Assembly (NCBI GenBank): GCA_030390025.1
Contig: CM059431.1
Location: forward strand, 130,574,001-130,638,000
Length of the DNA: 64,000 nucleotides
Direction: 5' to 3'
DNA from: Squalus acanthias
Lineage: Eukaryota
The notes under the pieces are model-generated. The model was not told the DNA's origin, did no database searches, and saw only the letters and a program-made list of their open reading frames with translations. The translations under genes were made by a program, and so were the position numbers. This document shows, piece after piece, positions 26,680 through 39,900 of this stretch. Numbering within the stretch: position 1 is the stretch's first letter; the number at the start of each line of letters is the position of its first letter.

Positions 26680-28060
26680 TGGTGATCAATTGGCCTGGGT
26701 CTGCACTACTAGATCTAGCTGGACCATTTCAAGCTGTGTGCGCTTTCTCCTTTGCCAAAAATGCACATTATTTCAAGATCATTCTGGAAATGAGAAACAA
26801 CTGCAACCTCTTCTTCTACACTACAAACTGCCTCTTCAGACCCCTCTCCTACCAACCCCAATCCTCACCTTGGACTCAAAATGCAAGGAACTTGTGAAAT
26901 TTGTGTGTCCAAAATTGAAGCTATGTGCCAACCAACATTCCCTCTGCCACTCTCAACTCCTGGCCCTGTCCCCTGCCTAAGTAATCTTAACCCATCCCAT
27001 TTTCTGCTTTTTTTTTCTTCTCGTTGTCAGCTCGGTCATCTAGTCCTAGAAAACTACCACCTGCTCCCTTGATCCCCTCCCATTCCAGCTTCTGAACACC
27101 CAACTGCTCTTCAGTTTCATGTTTGTCAACATTATCAAGCTGTCTCTTATCTCCAAAACTGTCATTTACTCATTAAAGACTGTCCATATCATTTGTCTCC
27201 TTGAGAAGCCCAACCTCAGCTGCTCCATCGTCTTCAACTACTGTCCAATCGCCAACCTTTGCTTTCCGTCTGCAGTCCTTAAACATGTTGTTGCCTCACA
27301 ACCACACTTCCGGGATCCTTGATCAAGACCCTACAATCACCTACAATGAGAATGCACTGGTCAATGTCACAAATTGCGTCCTGTGTGACTGTAAATATGG
27401 TTCTGTCTCTCCTCATCCTCCTCAACCTTTCTGCCACCTTTGACATTGACCACTCAATTGCCCTCTTTTGTAGTCAACCTTTGCTACCTTTAACACCACT
27501 AACCACTCCATTGCCTTTCCTTTGCAGTAAATCTCTATGACACTGTTATTTCCTTGATCTGCTAATACCTGTGGCAGTGCAGTAATTATATCACAGTAAT
27601 CCAACGGTTTCTCTCTTTTCTGTGGCGTACCCTAGGGTCCATCGTTGGTCCCCTTCTCTTCATTGTTTACACGATACCTCAAAGCAATATCATCCAGAAG
27701 CATGGGATTAGCATCCTTATGCATGCAGATGATACTAAGTTCTGCCTCCTCAACCAGTCAAGAGGCTGTTGCTAGACTCATTAAATGCATGTCCATCATT
27801 AAGACCTGAATAGGTCAATTTCCTCCAACTAAATTGTCAGCAAAACTGAAGCCAGCCTCTTCAGCTCCCACCAGCACCTACCTCCTTCGAGCCTTGACTC
27901 TATCAGCCTCTATTCCCCAGCTGCCACTCAAGCTGAGTCAGGAGGTAGATAACTTTGGTGTCCTAATTCATGCTGAGCTCAGCTTCCTTCCCCACATCAG
28001 CTCTCTTCCACATATCAGCTGTTACACAGACTGCTTTCTTCCACCTCCATCTCTCCCTCA
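26680..28060 (+). mobile_element. Highly decayed L2-like LINE RT region
   Basis: Remnant motifs NENALVNV, LILLNLSATFD, GVP.G..GPLLF, YAD/ADDT and KTEA in shifting frames. Confidence 0.55.
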
Positions 28061-30629
28061 TCCTAGTTCAACATCTCAAAACTCAACTTTTCTAATATTT
28101 CCATTAAAATCAATGCAACAGAAATTGGGCGGATTCTATAAAGGGCGGGTGATCTGCGCCACCAGCTTACTGGTACTGCCCAGATGGTTGAAAATTACTC
28201 CCCATATTTCGAGATCCAAGGAGAAGAATAAAAAATAAATGTAATTGATGTAAACGTTTGTGTCTATTTCAGGTATCTTTTATTGTGAAAGTGGTCACTG
28301 TAGGTGATTCAAATACCAAAGCTAGTGATTAATGTATTTATGATGTGCGCATCATTATACGCTCCATAGTCAATCCCTGATTAGGTCCGATCAGTGAATA
28401 ATTTCCACAAGAAATGTGCATCTTCTGTGTAAATGAAACAATGCATTTTGTTTCTTTAGCATACATTTGTTGCTATCCAGCATAATACCTCAAGAAAAGC
28501 CCACTTATCCTGAACACTGATGAGCAATGCAAAGTTCATTTTCTGTTTCCCCCCGAAAAAAATTAACTTCTTACAATTTGTGTGACCATAAACATAAGAA
28601 AGAAGAGAAAAAAGAATAGTTTCATATGAAATCATACATAAAACCAGATGCATTCCAGATAACTTGAGAAGTGACTGAAGCTTTATTTATTAATAGTCAT
28701 TGCTGTTGAGAATGGCAAAAATAATTTAGTGCATTAGGCATTTACCTGTGACTTTTTAATCGCAAAAGCAAGAAGGTGGTACTGGTACATTAATATTCCG
28801 AATCTGAGACTTTATTGGCAAGCTCTAGTTCTAACATTAGATATAGATTCCTTCTGATCTTCCACAGGTACTTTTTTTACTTTTTGCAATGTGTAAATAT
28901 TGAACAGTGCTCCATATATGAGATACACAGTGAAAAATGGTGGAATAAGACCAGAATTCAGCCATTTCCTATTTTGTATTCTGTTTATGTAATGTACTAG
29001 AATATGTTTATTTTTAAACAGTTGATTTTTATTTATGATTTCTGGGAGTGGGATGAGAAGGAGTATGGTTAGTGATTTAAAATTTCAGAAGACAGTGGGG
29101 CTGGAGGTAGAGATTTGAAGGAAGCAGACCATGTGAGCGAGGCAGAATGGGACCGAGCTAGACTGCCAGAAGTAATATTGTAAATATATTGATATGCAGG
29201 GCAGAGATGGTTGGGCAGCCACTTAACTGTTTGTAATGTTCTTCATGATTCGACTGGATAATCTTTGCAGCTTCTACAAAAGTGGTCTAAGGACATCGGT
29301 GCCGGTGCCACATTTTTGTTTGTAATAATGGCAGCTGCGGCCTCACATCAGCAGGCTGGTTGGGAAGGGAGCAGAGCTGGACCAGAAGAGGTGGAGGCAA
29401 AGACCAGCGAAGATGTGCTGGAAAGCCAGTTGAAGAAGACCAAGAGATCAGGGCATGGGCAGAGGGTGGGTGAAGTGAGTGCGGCTTAATAGGGAGGTGC
29501 AATAAAATTGGATCCTACATAGTTTTTAAAATACTGGAACAGCTTCAGTGTTAGAAAAATCAATGCCATCGCATTCATTTAAAAATTTAAGATTTAGTTT
29601 TTGATTTTATCTCCAGGCAGGTTTTAGATGTGAGACCCTGGGATATTTTAACTCCCAGGCCCCATTAAATCCTGCCGGGTAATCTACCATCCATTCCAGG
29701 GACTCGTGATAAGGAAGGCGGGGGGTGGGGGGCAAGTCTGTGGCAGGGGAGGCCTAAGCTTTCCTTGTGGAGCCAGGAAGAGCACTCCTCTTCTTCCGGT
29801 CCTACAAGGAATTTTTTTTTTTAAATGTGCCAGATTGGGCCTCTTCTGGCACCCATCCTCTCCCCTGCTATTGTTACATGTCGGGAAAGTCATTGTAGTT
29901 TCTCGTTCAGGACCCAGTTAAAATTGCAGTCAGGCCCTGATAACATCATTGGGCTTTGATAACTTCATTGGGCCCTGATATGCATATGTAATAAAAGGAC
30001 CTCGCCAGCTTTGGACAGGTGTCCTTGCCACCTGCTCAGTGGAACAAGTTGAAATCCAAACAGTCAGTTTCCAGCAACTCCAGGGTTGCTGGTAAGTAAC
30101 CACAGGAATTTAACTGCCCATCTGTTCTGTCTTCACCAGGCATGTAGGGTTAAAATCTCTCCCCCACTTTGCTTTTTAAAATAAAATCGGGGTGCCAAGG
30201 AATGAGCTATTTTTTCCGACCCTCCCATACTGAGGTACTCTTACAGTCTCCCTCCTAGAGGTAGTTTCCCCATCTCCTCACACTCTGTTCATGTACCATT
30301 CCAACCCCTTCCCCCGCACCCAGACTGAGGTGTTTTTCCTATTTCATCTCTCTGAGGTGAAATCCCCCTCCTTTCACTTACCATCTCTCCTCCACTCCTA
30401 CCCCTTTCCCTCTCTTCTTACCCCCTCCCTTTATTCGTCCTCTCATTCCCCTCACTTTCTTTAGCCCCCATTGTCCCTTCCCCAGTGCCTTTGTCTTGGT
30501 CTGAGTTAGCCCCACTCCACACCCTCCAATCCTGCTTGCCTTGAAGACAGCACTTGGGATTGACTGATTGAGCGATGCCACGCAAGATCGACCAGTAACA
30601 TTTAAAAATTGTGGAAAAGAAATGAATTA

Positions 30630-31052
30630 AATTAAAACTGACTCCAAGTCCCAGTCACCCATCACCCCTGCCCTCACTGACCTACATTGGCTCCCGAACC
30701 CTTTCAAATTTAAAATTCTCCTTATATTTAAACCCTTCATGGCCTTGCCACTCTCTATCTCTGTAACCTCCTCCAGCTCTAAACCCCACACCCCAGTCCC
30801 TGAATTGTGCATTCCCCCTCTCTTGACCACCATTGGTGGTCGTGCCCTCAGCCACCTCGGCCCCATGCACTGAAATTCCCCTCCCTAAACTGCTCCACCT
30901 CTCTCATTCCTCCTTTAAAATCCTTCTTAAAACCCACCTTTTTGACCAAGCTTTTGGTCACCCATCCTAATCTCCTTTGGCTCAGCATTCATTTTTTCCT
31001 TGTGCCTCTCTGAAGCACCTTAGGAGTTTTGTTCTACGTTAAAGGCACAATA
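30630..31052 (+). mobile_element. L2-like LINE 3' end
   Basis: ITPALTDLHWLP...FKIL and tail gaagcaccttagga...ctacgttaaaggcac. Confidence 0.6.
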
Positions 31053-31973
31053 CATCAGTTCTGATGAAAGAATTAGAGCTCAGTGACAACAAATGTTCTG
31101 CAGTATTTTGAAGGATAATAAAGGATATAATCTCGCTCTTTCATATAACAAACTATGAGCATTTCAAAAAGTACTCTTGTACGTAAAGTGTAATAAATGT
31201 ATTGATTTTTCAATTTTAATTAAAACCTAGTTTCTGGTGTTACTTTTTAGATTGGATTCTATTTCTAGATGGAAGTGAAATAGACTATTTTTGATTTTAT
31301 GTAATGGCTATGTGTTTATCGGCATTAATTCTAAATGCTTTGCAATAACTAAAATACAGTAAGTTGTGGGCAGCCCTCCCATTAATGTGACATTAAAATA
31401 AAGGAAATGTTACTTCTTAATTAGATCTGACTCACTGTACTGACAATAAAACACAGTATAGATGCACATAAATACACATAAAACAAAAACAAGGGAGGAC
31501 TTAAAAGGCACCAGTATGTATAGAAGATCTGACATTTCATAATATTCAGGTACACACACTTCTGCTAGTAAGTCGCTGCACACAACAGTACTGAGCTTAA
31601 ATCCTTTTGAGCTTAATAGTTCACTCTCCTTTAATCTTTCACACCTGGCTAAGTACATTGTCATATATCTGCCATTTTGTTGTAGAAAGAGGCTGGAAAA
31701 AGCTTGCTGGTATCTGGAATCATTGGCCCCCAGGTACTAGCTTGAGAGGCTGTAGGTAGATACTAATTGCACAAAGACAACACACATTTGCTTTATTCTG
31801 AAAGCATTTTTACATGTTGTACCTTTAAAGCAGTAACAACATTTGCCATGGGTTTGGAAGAGGCATCTGTCTGAGATATTATTCATGATGCGGAGATGCC
31901 GGTGTTGGACTGGGGTGGACAAAATTGAGAGGTCGCACAACACCAGGTTATAGTCCAACAGTTTTATTTGAAA

Positions 31974-32016
31974 TCACAAGCTTTCGGAGCTATCGATTTG
32001 CTCCTTCCTCAGGTGA
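31974..32016 (-). ncRNA. Minimal type I hammerhead ribozyme motif (3' pLTR)
   Basis: Reverse complement of 33946-33988. Confidence 0.75.
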
Positions 32017-32349
32017 AGTAAATTAGATACAGAATCTCCAAAGCATATATAGATGGAAAACAAAGAATGTGTACTTTACAATTGCAGACCAATAAATTAA
32101 ATCATCCTGACTATCTGCCGAGGTGTGATAAAGTTAATTAAGTCAGCCAGGAAGGTACCACATCAAAGACATAGCAAGATACAACTGAGACAATGAGGTG
32201 TAGTCGCAGGGGTTCTAACGTGTCAAAAGCTGCCGTCTGTATGTAAAACGAAAAGCTTTAACATTTTTTTACTTTTTTACTGGGAAAATTTTTACTTTTT
32301 TTACTGGGAATCACATCTGTGAACAAGCTAACGACGACTCAAGTCCGGA

Positions 32350-33752
32350 TCACGTCATGTATCGTGACATAAACCCAAGATCCCGATTGAGACCGTCTTC
32401 ATGAGTGCGGAACTTGGCTATCAGTTTCTGCTCGATGATTTTGCGTTGTCGTGTGTTTCTAAGGTTGCCTTGGAGAACGCTTACCCGCAGATCCGAGGCT
32501 GAATGTCCTTGACTGCTGAAGTGTTCCCCGACTGGGAGGTAACAATCCTGCCTGGCGATTGTTGCGCGGTGCTCGTTCATACGTTGTCTCAGTGTCTGCA
32601 TGGTCTCGCCGATGTACCATGCCGCGGTGCATTCTTTCCTGCAACGTATGAGGTAGACAACGTTGGCCGAGTCACATGAGTATGTACCATGTACCTGGTG
32701 GGTAGTGTCCTCACGTGTGATGGTGGTATCTGTGTTGATGATCTGGCATGTCTTGCAGAGTTTGCCATGGCAGGGTTGTGTGGTGTCGTGGTCGCTGTTA
32801 TCCTGAAAGCTGGGTAATTTGCTGCGAACGATGGTACTTCTGAGGTTAGGCGGCTGTTTGAAGGCAAGTAGTGGAGGCGTGGGGATGGCCTTAGCGAGGT
32901 GTTTGTCGTCATCGATGACATGTTGAAGGCTGCGAAGAACATGGCGTAGTTTCTCCGCTCCGGGGAAGTACTGGACGACGTAGGGTACCCTGTTGGTTGT
33001 GTCCCGTGTTTGCCTTCTGAGGAGGTCTATGCGATTTTTCGCTGTGGCCCGTCGGAACTGTCGATCGATGAGTCGAGCGTCATATCCCGTTCTTACGAGG
33101 GCGTTTTTCAGCGTCCGTAGGTGTCCATCGCGTTCCTCCTCGTCTGAGCAGATCCTGTGTATTCGCAGGGCTTGTCCATAGGGGATGGCTTCTTTAACAT
33201 GGTTAGGGTGGAAGCTGGAGAAGTGGAGCATCGTGAGGTTGTCCGTGGGCTTGCGGTAGAGTGAAGTGCTGAGGTGTCCGTCTTTGATGGAGATTCGTGT
33301 GTCCAGGAATGAGACTGATTCTGAGGAGTAGTCCATGGTGAGTTTGATGGTGGGATGGAACATGTTTATGTTATCGTGTAGTCTTTTCAGTGATCCTTCG
33401 CCATGGGTCCAAAGGAAGAAAATGTCGTCGATGTATCTGGTATACAGCGTTGGCTGGAGGTCTTGTGCAGCGAAGAAGTCTTGCTCGAACTTGTGCATGA
33501 AGATGTTGGCGTATTGGGGTGCGAATTTGGTCCCCATGGCTGTTCCGTGTGTTTGGGTAAAAAAATGGTTGTCGAAGGTGAAGACATTGTGGTCAAGGAT
33601 GAAGCGGATGAGTTGTAGGATGGCGTCTGGAGATTGGCTGTTGTTGATGTTGAGTACTGAGGCTGTTGCAGCGATGCCGTCATCGTGGGGGATACTGGTG
33701 TAGAGTGCCGATACGTCCATCGTGGCAAGGAGTGTTCCTGGTTCAACTGGTC
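32350..33752 (-). CDS. Penelope RT and GIY-YIG endonuclease (N-terminally truncated, uninterrupted)
   Basis: MDVSALYTSIPH, QTHGTAMG, YTRYIDDIF, SFLD, LYRKPTD, CKTC, NVVYLIRC...WYIGET, LRQRMNEH, GLN; frame extends upstream as GPVEPGTLLAT. Confidence 0.93.
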
Positions 33753-33945
33753 CTGCGACTACACCTCATTGTCTCAGTTGTATCTTGCTATGTCTTTGAT
33801 GTGGTACCTTCCTGGCTGACTTAATTAACTTTATCACACCTCGGCAGATAGTCAGGATGATTTAATTTATTGGTCTGCAATTGTAAAGTACACATTCTTT
33901 GTTTTCCATCTATATATGCTTTGGAGATTCTGTATCTAATTTACT

Positions 33946-33988
33946 TCACCTGAGGAAGGAGCAAATCGATAGCTCCGAAAGCTTGTGA
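33946..33988 (+). ncRNA. Minimal type I hammerhead ribozyme motif (inverted pLTR)
   Basis: Stem I TCAC/GTGA, core CTGAGGA, stem II GGAGC/GCTCC, GAAA, palindromic AAGCTT in place of stem III. Confidence 0.75.
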
Positions 33989-36900
33989 TTTCAAATAAAA
34001 CTGTTGGACTATAACCTGGTGTTGTGCGACCTCTCAATTGAGATATTATTGGCAGTTTAATCGACGTACATTGATTTAGTGCAATGGGATACAATAAGAG
34101 GAAGTAGCTACTCAAAATGTGCATCCCTTCTGGAGAATTCTTCATTAATTAATAGCTTCACCCTCAGGGATGAAGTGATACTAAGCCCGGATAATACATC
34201 TTTGATGGAGATGGTAATGAATCCTGATGGCAAGCTTTTACTAGATTTGTGAAAGAGCGATGAAGTGAAATATAATACCCTTTTCTCACATTTAACACTC
34301 TAGGCAAGGAAAACAAATAAGGATTTTCATCTGATTTCACAGGTCAACTTTTATTAACGATAGAACAAAATATTAATCTAACGGAGTTACAAGGACATTC
34401 AGTAAAGCCATGACTACTTTGTGGCTAATGTTGTCTAACTGTAAATCTACTGATTACAGTGATAACATTCTTTACCTCATTAAGTGCACAGCAAAGCTCT
34501 TAACTTTTGAAGGACAGCTGACTGCATTTGTAAGTAGTAAAGTGATCTCATCTGACTACTGCAGCTTAGTTGCACTTTCCTTGGGGATCGTAACTTAAGG
34601 GGCCATTATGTAGAGCTGTCACTGTCCACTTCAAAGCAAGGGTGTAGCAGCAACTACACAAGGACATGTAGGGGTTGATTTTCAGATTGCCTGCTGGGTG
34701 TAAATGGGGTGATAGTGGCATGAAAGTGGTGCGGTATGACTTGATGCCCAGTTCCAACTGGGTGGCCAACGTGACCTTCCCAAGGGTCTACCGCTGGGTG
34801 GCTGGAGTGCTCACCTCGGTCGGACAGTAGGCTCTATTAATATGCAAATATTATTATAATATTGGGATATGGGATCTTATGACCCCAATTGCCATTTTGG
34901 ACTCAACTGGTCAAAGAATGTACCGTACACACTCCGCCCAATAGCAACTGGCAGTCCAGTGGAAGAAAAGCCCAGAGGTAAGTTTTGAAATTTATATTTG
35001 TGGAGCTAGGAGAAACAGCAGTGTCGCATCAGGTCCCCCAACCCCACCTGACAATGGACCTTCCTCCCTCCGCCCCCTACCTTTTTCCGGCCAGGAGGCC
35101 AGCTGGGCCGCTCCATATTGCCGCAGACTGGAGCTGGCAGGCTGCCCTGGCGGCACTCATTTTCTGCCTACCGAGCGCCAGCCCTCTGTTAATGCAGCCT
35201 GGTTTTCAGAATGTGTAGGCTTTTGTATAAATACAGTATATTTATGTTGGTAACTGGTGGTTTACAGAAAACAAATCACCTGCGTCATGGACAACATAAC
35301 TTACTATGAGTTGGGTAGTTGATGCAAACTGATGTATTTCTTTCCCATAAACAACAAGTTCCTGGCATGTATAGTCTACATATTTTCCTAAAATACATAT
35401 TCCAAAAGCTTGTCTTAAACTTCAGTAGGAAAGTAACATTGCCGAGCTATATTATTGCTGTTTCTTGTAAGCATTATGAAAGAATCACACTAGAATAAAC
35501 ATTAGAGAGATTGATATTTCTTTTACAGAGCAATGAATTGTAGGATATTTTTTCTTGCAAAGATAACTATACCATAAACAATATAGCGTATGCTCAATTA
35601 ATAACAAAGCAGTCTAGTGCTGTTGTATGTCATTCAGAAATACTATTTTCCATCACAAATAGTAACTGAGGACACTGGTCTGAAGGGATTTCATTTGTCT
35701 TATGTATTAGAGAAATTGAAAAAAAGAGACACTTTCCTCCAGCATGCCCGGACATATTCATACAAGCCAGGAAACAAAAACAATAACCCATCTTTTCAAC
35801 TGAACACCAATTGAACAGGATGAAAAAAATGCTAGCACCATATTCTATATTGGAAGTGTCAGTTGTGAGAATTGATTCGTGGTGAATTGAGATACTGATC
35901 TACTGACTCCATTTGGTAATGCAATAAGTACAATATTTCCAAGCTAATTTAAGATAATCTCATTAAGATCTTTTCCTTTATGATGCATTGACACACAAGT
36001 CAATTCCTGAAAATACCTCAAATGCTACTGCATATAAGTCATTTCCACAACATTGAAAAGGAAGGAGAAAAATTTAATTTTAAAAAGTCCATAGGCTTCT
36101 GATTCAAAGGCATAGATGGGTGTAAGTTTGGGTTAAAGTTGCAGGTACAAGGGAAGAAGTCAGTCTCTCAGCTGTAGAAACTGCTTCTGTAAAGCTATGT
36201 CCATAGCTATCCAGTTTCCTTTCTAATCTGTGCTGTAGTTGATGGTTCATATTCTCTGACTCTTTCTTTAATTCAGGCTCTGAGGGCTCTGTCCTTTTCC
36301 TTCTTCATATCTATGACCTTCATCATCCAATTCTATCCAGTCTTTTGCTGATGATTCCACTGCGCATTCATCAACTTCTGATTGAATTGCCCTCAGTGTG
36401 TTCATTCTCCATTTCATGTTGAACATTACATCTTGCTCTCCTTCAAGCACGCCCTTTCATTGGGCAGCGAAAAAGTTGTTTCTTTCAATTTTTCAAAGAT
36501 ACAATATCTTCATCTCCCTCGCAATTCTAAATAATTATTACCATCTTTGGCTCCATTCTTAGCCCTTCATCTTTTCTCATGAAATGCAATGTAAGTCAAA
36601 ATAGCCTTTCCATTTATCAGTTCTCATCTTAACTGCCTCTATTTATCAAACATCTGTTACTATTGACGTTTGCAAGCTAATACTATTCAGGCTATTTATA
36701 AAGCATCCAGGTTTGATAATTCAAGAGTTCCCAAGTTACCCACCTTTTTCTCCTATCTATTCATGCCTAAGTTTTTTAATTGACTGTCAACATTTGAAGT
36801 ACTGCAGCAAGTTTGCGAATATTTAAAACATTGCTTTGGTATGAGGCAAGTATGTGGAAGAATTCGCTGCTAACGTCAATAAAACTCTTAACACCTGTTG

Positions 36901-39900
36901 TAAATACTTACAATTAATCAAAAACGCTTTTTGAAGGACCTTAGCCAATTGGCTTAATTAGATTGCTTTTACATTCTAGAGAGAATTTATGAATGCGCAC
37001 TCCTGGTGCGGAGCCTGGTTCCCATGATTTTCCATTCAAAATCATGCAGAACGTGACTGCAATTTCACAATATGATCTCCCGGTGAGCAAGGCTTCCTGC
37101 TGCAATTTCATAAAATCAGCTGTTATATCCCAGTGACTCCACTACAGTTGTTTCCAGTTTATTTGGAACTTACAGTCTGCACCATCCTATTTATACTGCA
37201 TTTCACTGCTCTCACAACGGGACATGAGCAATTATTGATAATAGGCTGTACACATCCTTGCTGCTGGACAGACGCCAAGAGAGAACGAGTGTCTAGAAAC
37301 TGCAAAACTGGACAGGATTAAAAAATACTGGACTAACTTTGACCAGTTGTACACACTGTGTAAAACATAATGAACACCAAACTTGATCAAATAAATTGCA
37401 ACTGCAGTATAAGGGTGATTTTCTCATTACCCACTTGGCAAAAATTGGGCAGGTGGGCAGTTAAAATCACCACTTACCCACCAGATAGGCACCAGGGTCC
37501 CCTCATTTGGGATTTCAACCTGTTCTACTGAGTAGGCAGAAAAGACGCTCTCTCCCCCACCCCCATCCCCGCAAATCCAGGGGGTTCCTTATATGCATGT
37601 CAGGTCCTGATGACGTAATCGGGACTCCACTGCAATTTTAACTGATGACTGAGCGGGGAAGCCGTTGCGGTTTTCCTGCCAGATCAAAGTCAGTCAAGAG
37701 CTGCCAGGAAGAAGAGGCCGAAAAAGGGGAGCTTTTTCTTCCCTTTGTGGGACCAGGAGGAGCAGAAGTCTCCTTTTGACGGGCAACCTCCAGGCCATGC
37801 AATTTTCTGCCGCTTGTGATCGATTTCCATCCAATCAGGCAGGAAGTCAGCCGGCAGGATTTAAATAAGACGCAGGATTTTAAATCATTCATTTCTGGAG
37901 GAGCAGGTGAGTTTCCAACTCGCCTCACTGCCCACCTGGCCAAAACACGTCCATAGTTAAAATAGGAGCCTGTAGCTTACATTGCCAGCATGTTTACTTT
38001 GTAATCTTTATTCTGGAAGTGAATCCAAGCTACAGAGCCAACTATTTCAACTGTGCTGGTGGCATTATATTGAGATAGAGCTGAGCTTTACCATTAAAGA
38101 TATGTTTATGGTCTTTTAAGATGCTATTTCACTAATACCACAATCCTACGTGCTGAGTAGGAAGTAACAATAGAGACCAGTTTAGCTGGGATTTCCTTAG
38201 TAATTGAACAGCCAGTGACTCTCACTGTCCAGGGTACTTGACTGAGGTACCAGAGGACAATTATGCCCCAGCATGACGACTAAGGGAAAATCAAAGAGGT
38301 GAAAATGAATAATTCTGCACAGTGTAAAAATACCAAGGGATCCTGAAATGCATAAAAAATATCAGAGGTGATTGTTTCTTCAAAAAAAAAGTCACGGCAA
38401 GGGTTGCATGCATTTGAGTCATCTTTTGAACCCCAACGACTATTACGTACAAGTGTTTGTGATGATTCATGTATCTGTCATTGTTTTTAACAGCTAACTA
38501 CACTTGCTTGCTATCTGTTTAAATATTCCTTCCTTTTATTCATGTTTTGGGTTGCTGTTCACCATTTAAATTACTTTTTGTAAGTGTGCCTCCATTTGCC
38601 TCTGTGTGGATGTGAAATAATCACTAGCCATTTTTCAAGTGATAATCCACAATGTATAACTAGGACTATAAGCATCAGTCTGATCGAAGTATTCAGATAA
38701 CATCACATTGGCATCTGAACCACAAAATGAGATTATTTTCATTGTTGTCACCCTCACACATCCATTAAAAAAATAATATATACATTAGAGTTATCTAGAA
38801 CACTGGTTATGTGGAATAGATTCCAAGATTGAGCAAGTAATAGTTTGTACATTATCTTCGTTAAAGTAGATCCTAATCAGTACATTTAAGAATGCAGTCA
38901 AAGGTTATACGTACAAATATAGATCAGCAAATATTCTACAGAACACAATGGATCGGGCGCTGCTGGATTCATAGATATGTCATTTGTAGAACAGGTCAGA
39001 GTTTAATCGATTGGTTGTTAAGATGGATTAGTGCACCAGAGATTTGCTTGATTATCTTTGGAGGTTGTGTTGAAAGTTCACACAACGTTATTTTCTTGAA
39101 GGTTTTACCTCCCTTAGGAATTTGCATTGATTGGATGGAGCCTATGGTGGGAAAAAATGTATATGACATATGGTGGGAACAGCTTGTTCTCATTCATACT
39201 TTATATTCTTCCTCTTTAAGCTTAAATTTATGCCTGATCTGTTGTTGCTGTGGTCACCATTGATGGCAGGGGCACTCCACTCAGTTGATGCGTGATAATA
39301 TCCTTCACTGAAAGGTTACAATTGTGATGTGATCACTGTAGGAATTTAACCTGCAGTGAATTACTAAGAAAATTATATATTGAAAATTAATTCATCTCTT
39401 ATTGTAAATTAAATATACTGATAACCTGATTGATCACACAGCCATTCCACATCGCAGAATTAATTGCTCTGCAGAGGAGAGATTGCAGCTTTCTCAGTCT
39501 CCATCTAAGAGGGATTCATAGCTCTTTGTGTGATTCTGTAAAAGCCTCCCAGAACTAGCAACATAATGAGTAAATGAATACCTAATCCAAGCATAGAATT
39601 GCACTGTATCCTAACTTTTCATAAGAATTTCAGTCCTAACATTTCTGATACATCTTTGATATGTATTTGTCAGAATTCAACCATAATTAAAATTTTCTTA
39701 GGTTGATTTGCACTAAAATTTCACTGTGTTAAACTAGATAAATATAAAACATTTTTATGATAAGATGATTAGATTAGAATGTTGTTTTTGATTTCCTCTT
39801 TACCAATGATTAAACCTCTTCACTCCAACAGGAAAATTGTTATATTGAGACTAGAATATTAAAGAACAGTTTTTCAAGCAAGGTCACAGTCAAAAAGACC

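Larger units (their letters stand above)
31884..34039 (-). mobile_element. Penelope-like element, 5'-truncated, with inverted pseudo-LTRs
   Basis: RT + GIY-YIG ORF; 288-bp inverted repeat 31923-32210 / 33752-34039; ~39-nt 3' extension 31884-31922; TSD (T)GAGATATTATT at 31872-31883 and 34039-34050. Confidence 0.95.

Noticed and set aside
38892..39360. Possible host or antisense exon
   Set aside because: No recognisable protein similarity, and frames after the candidate acceptor close quickly.
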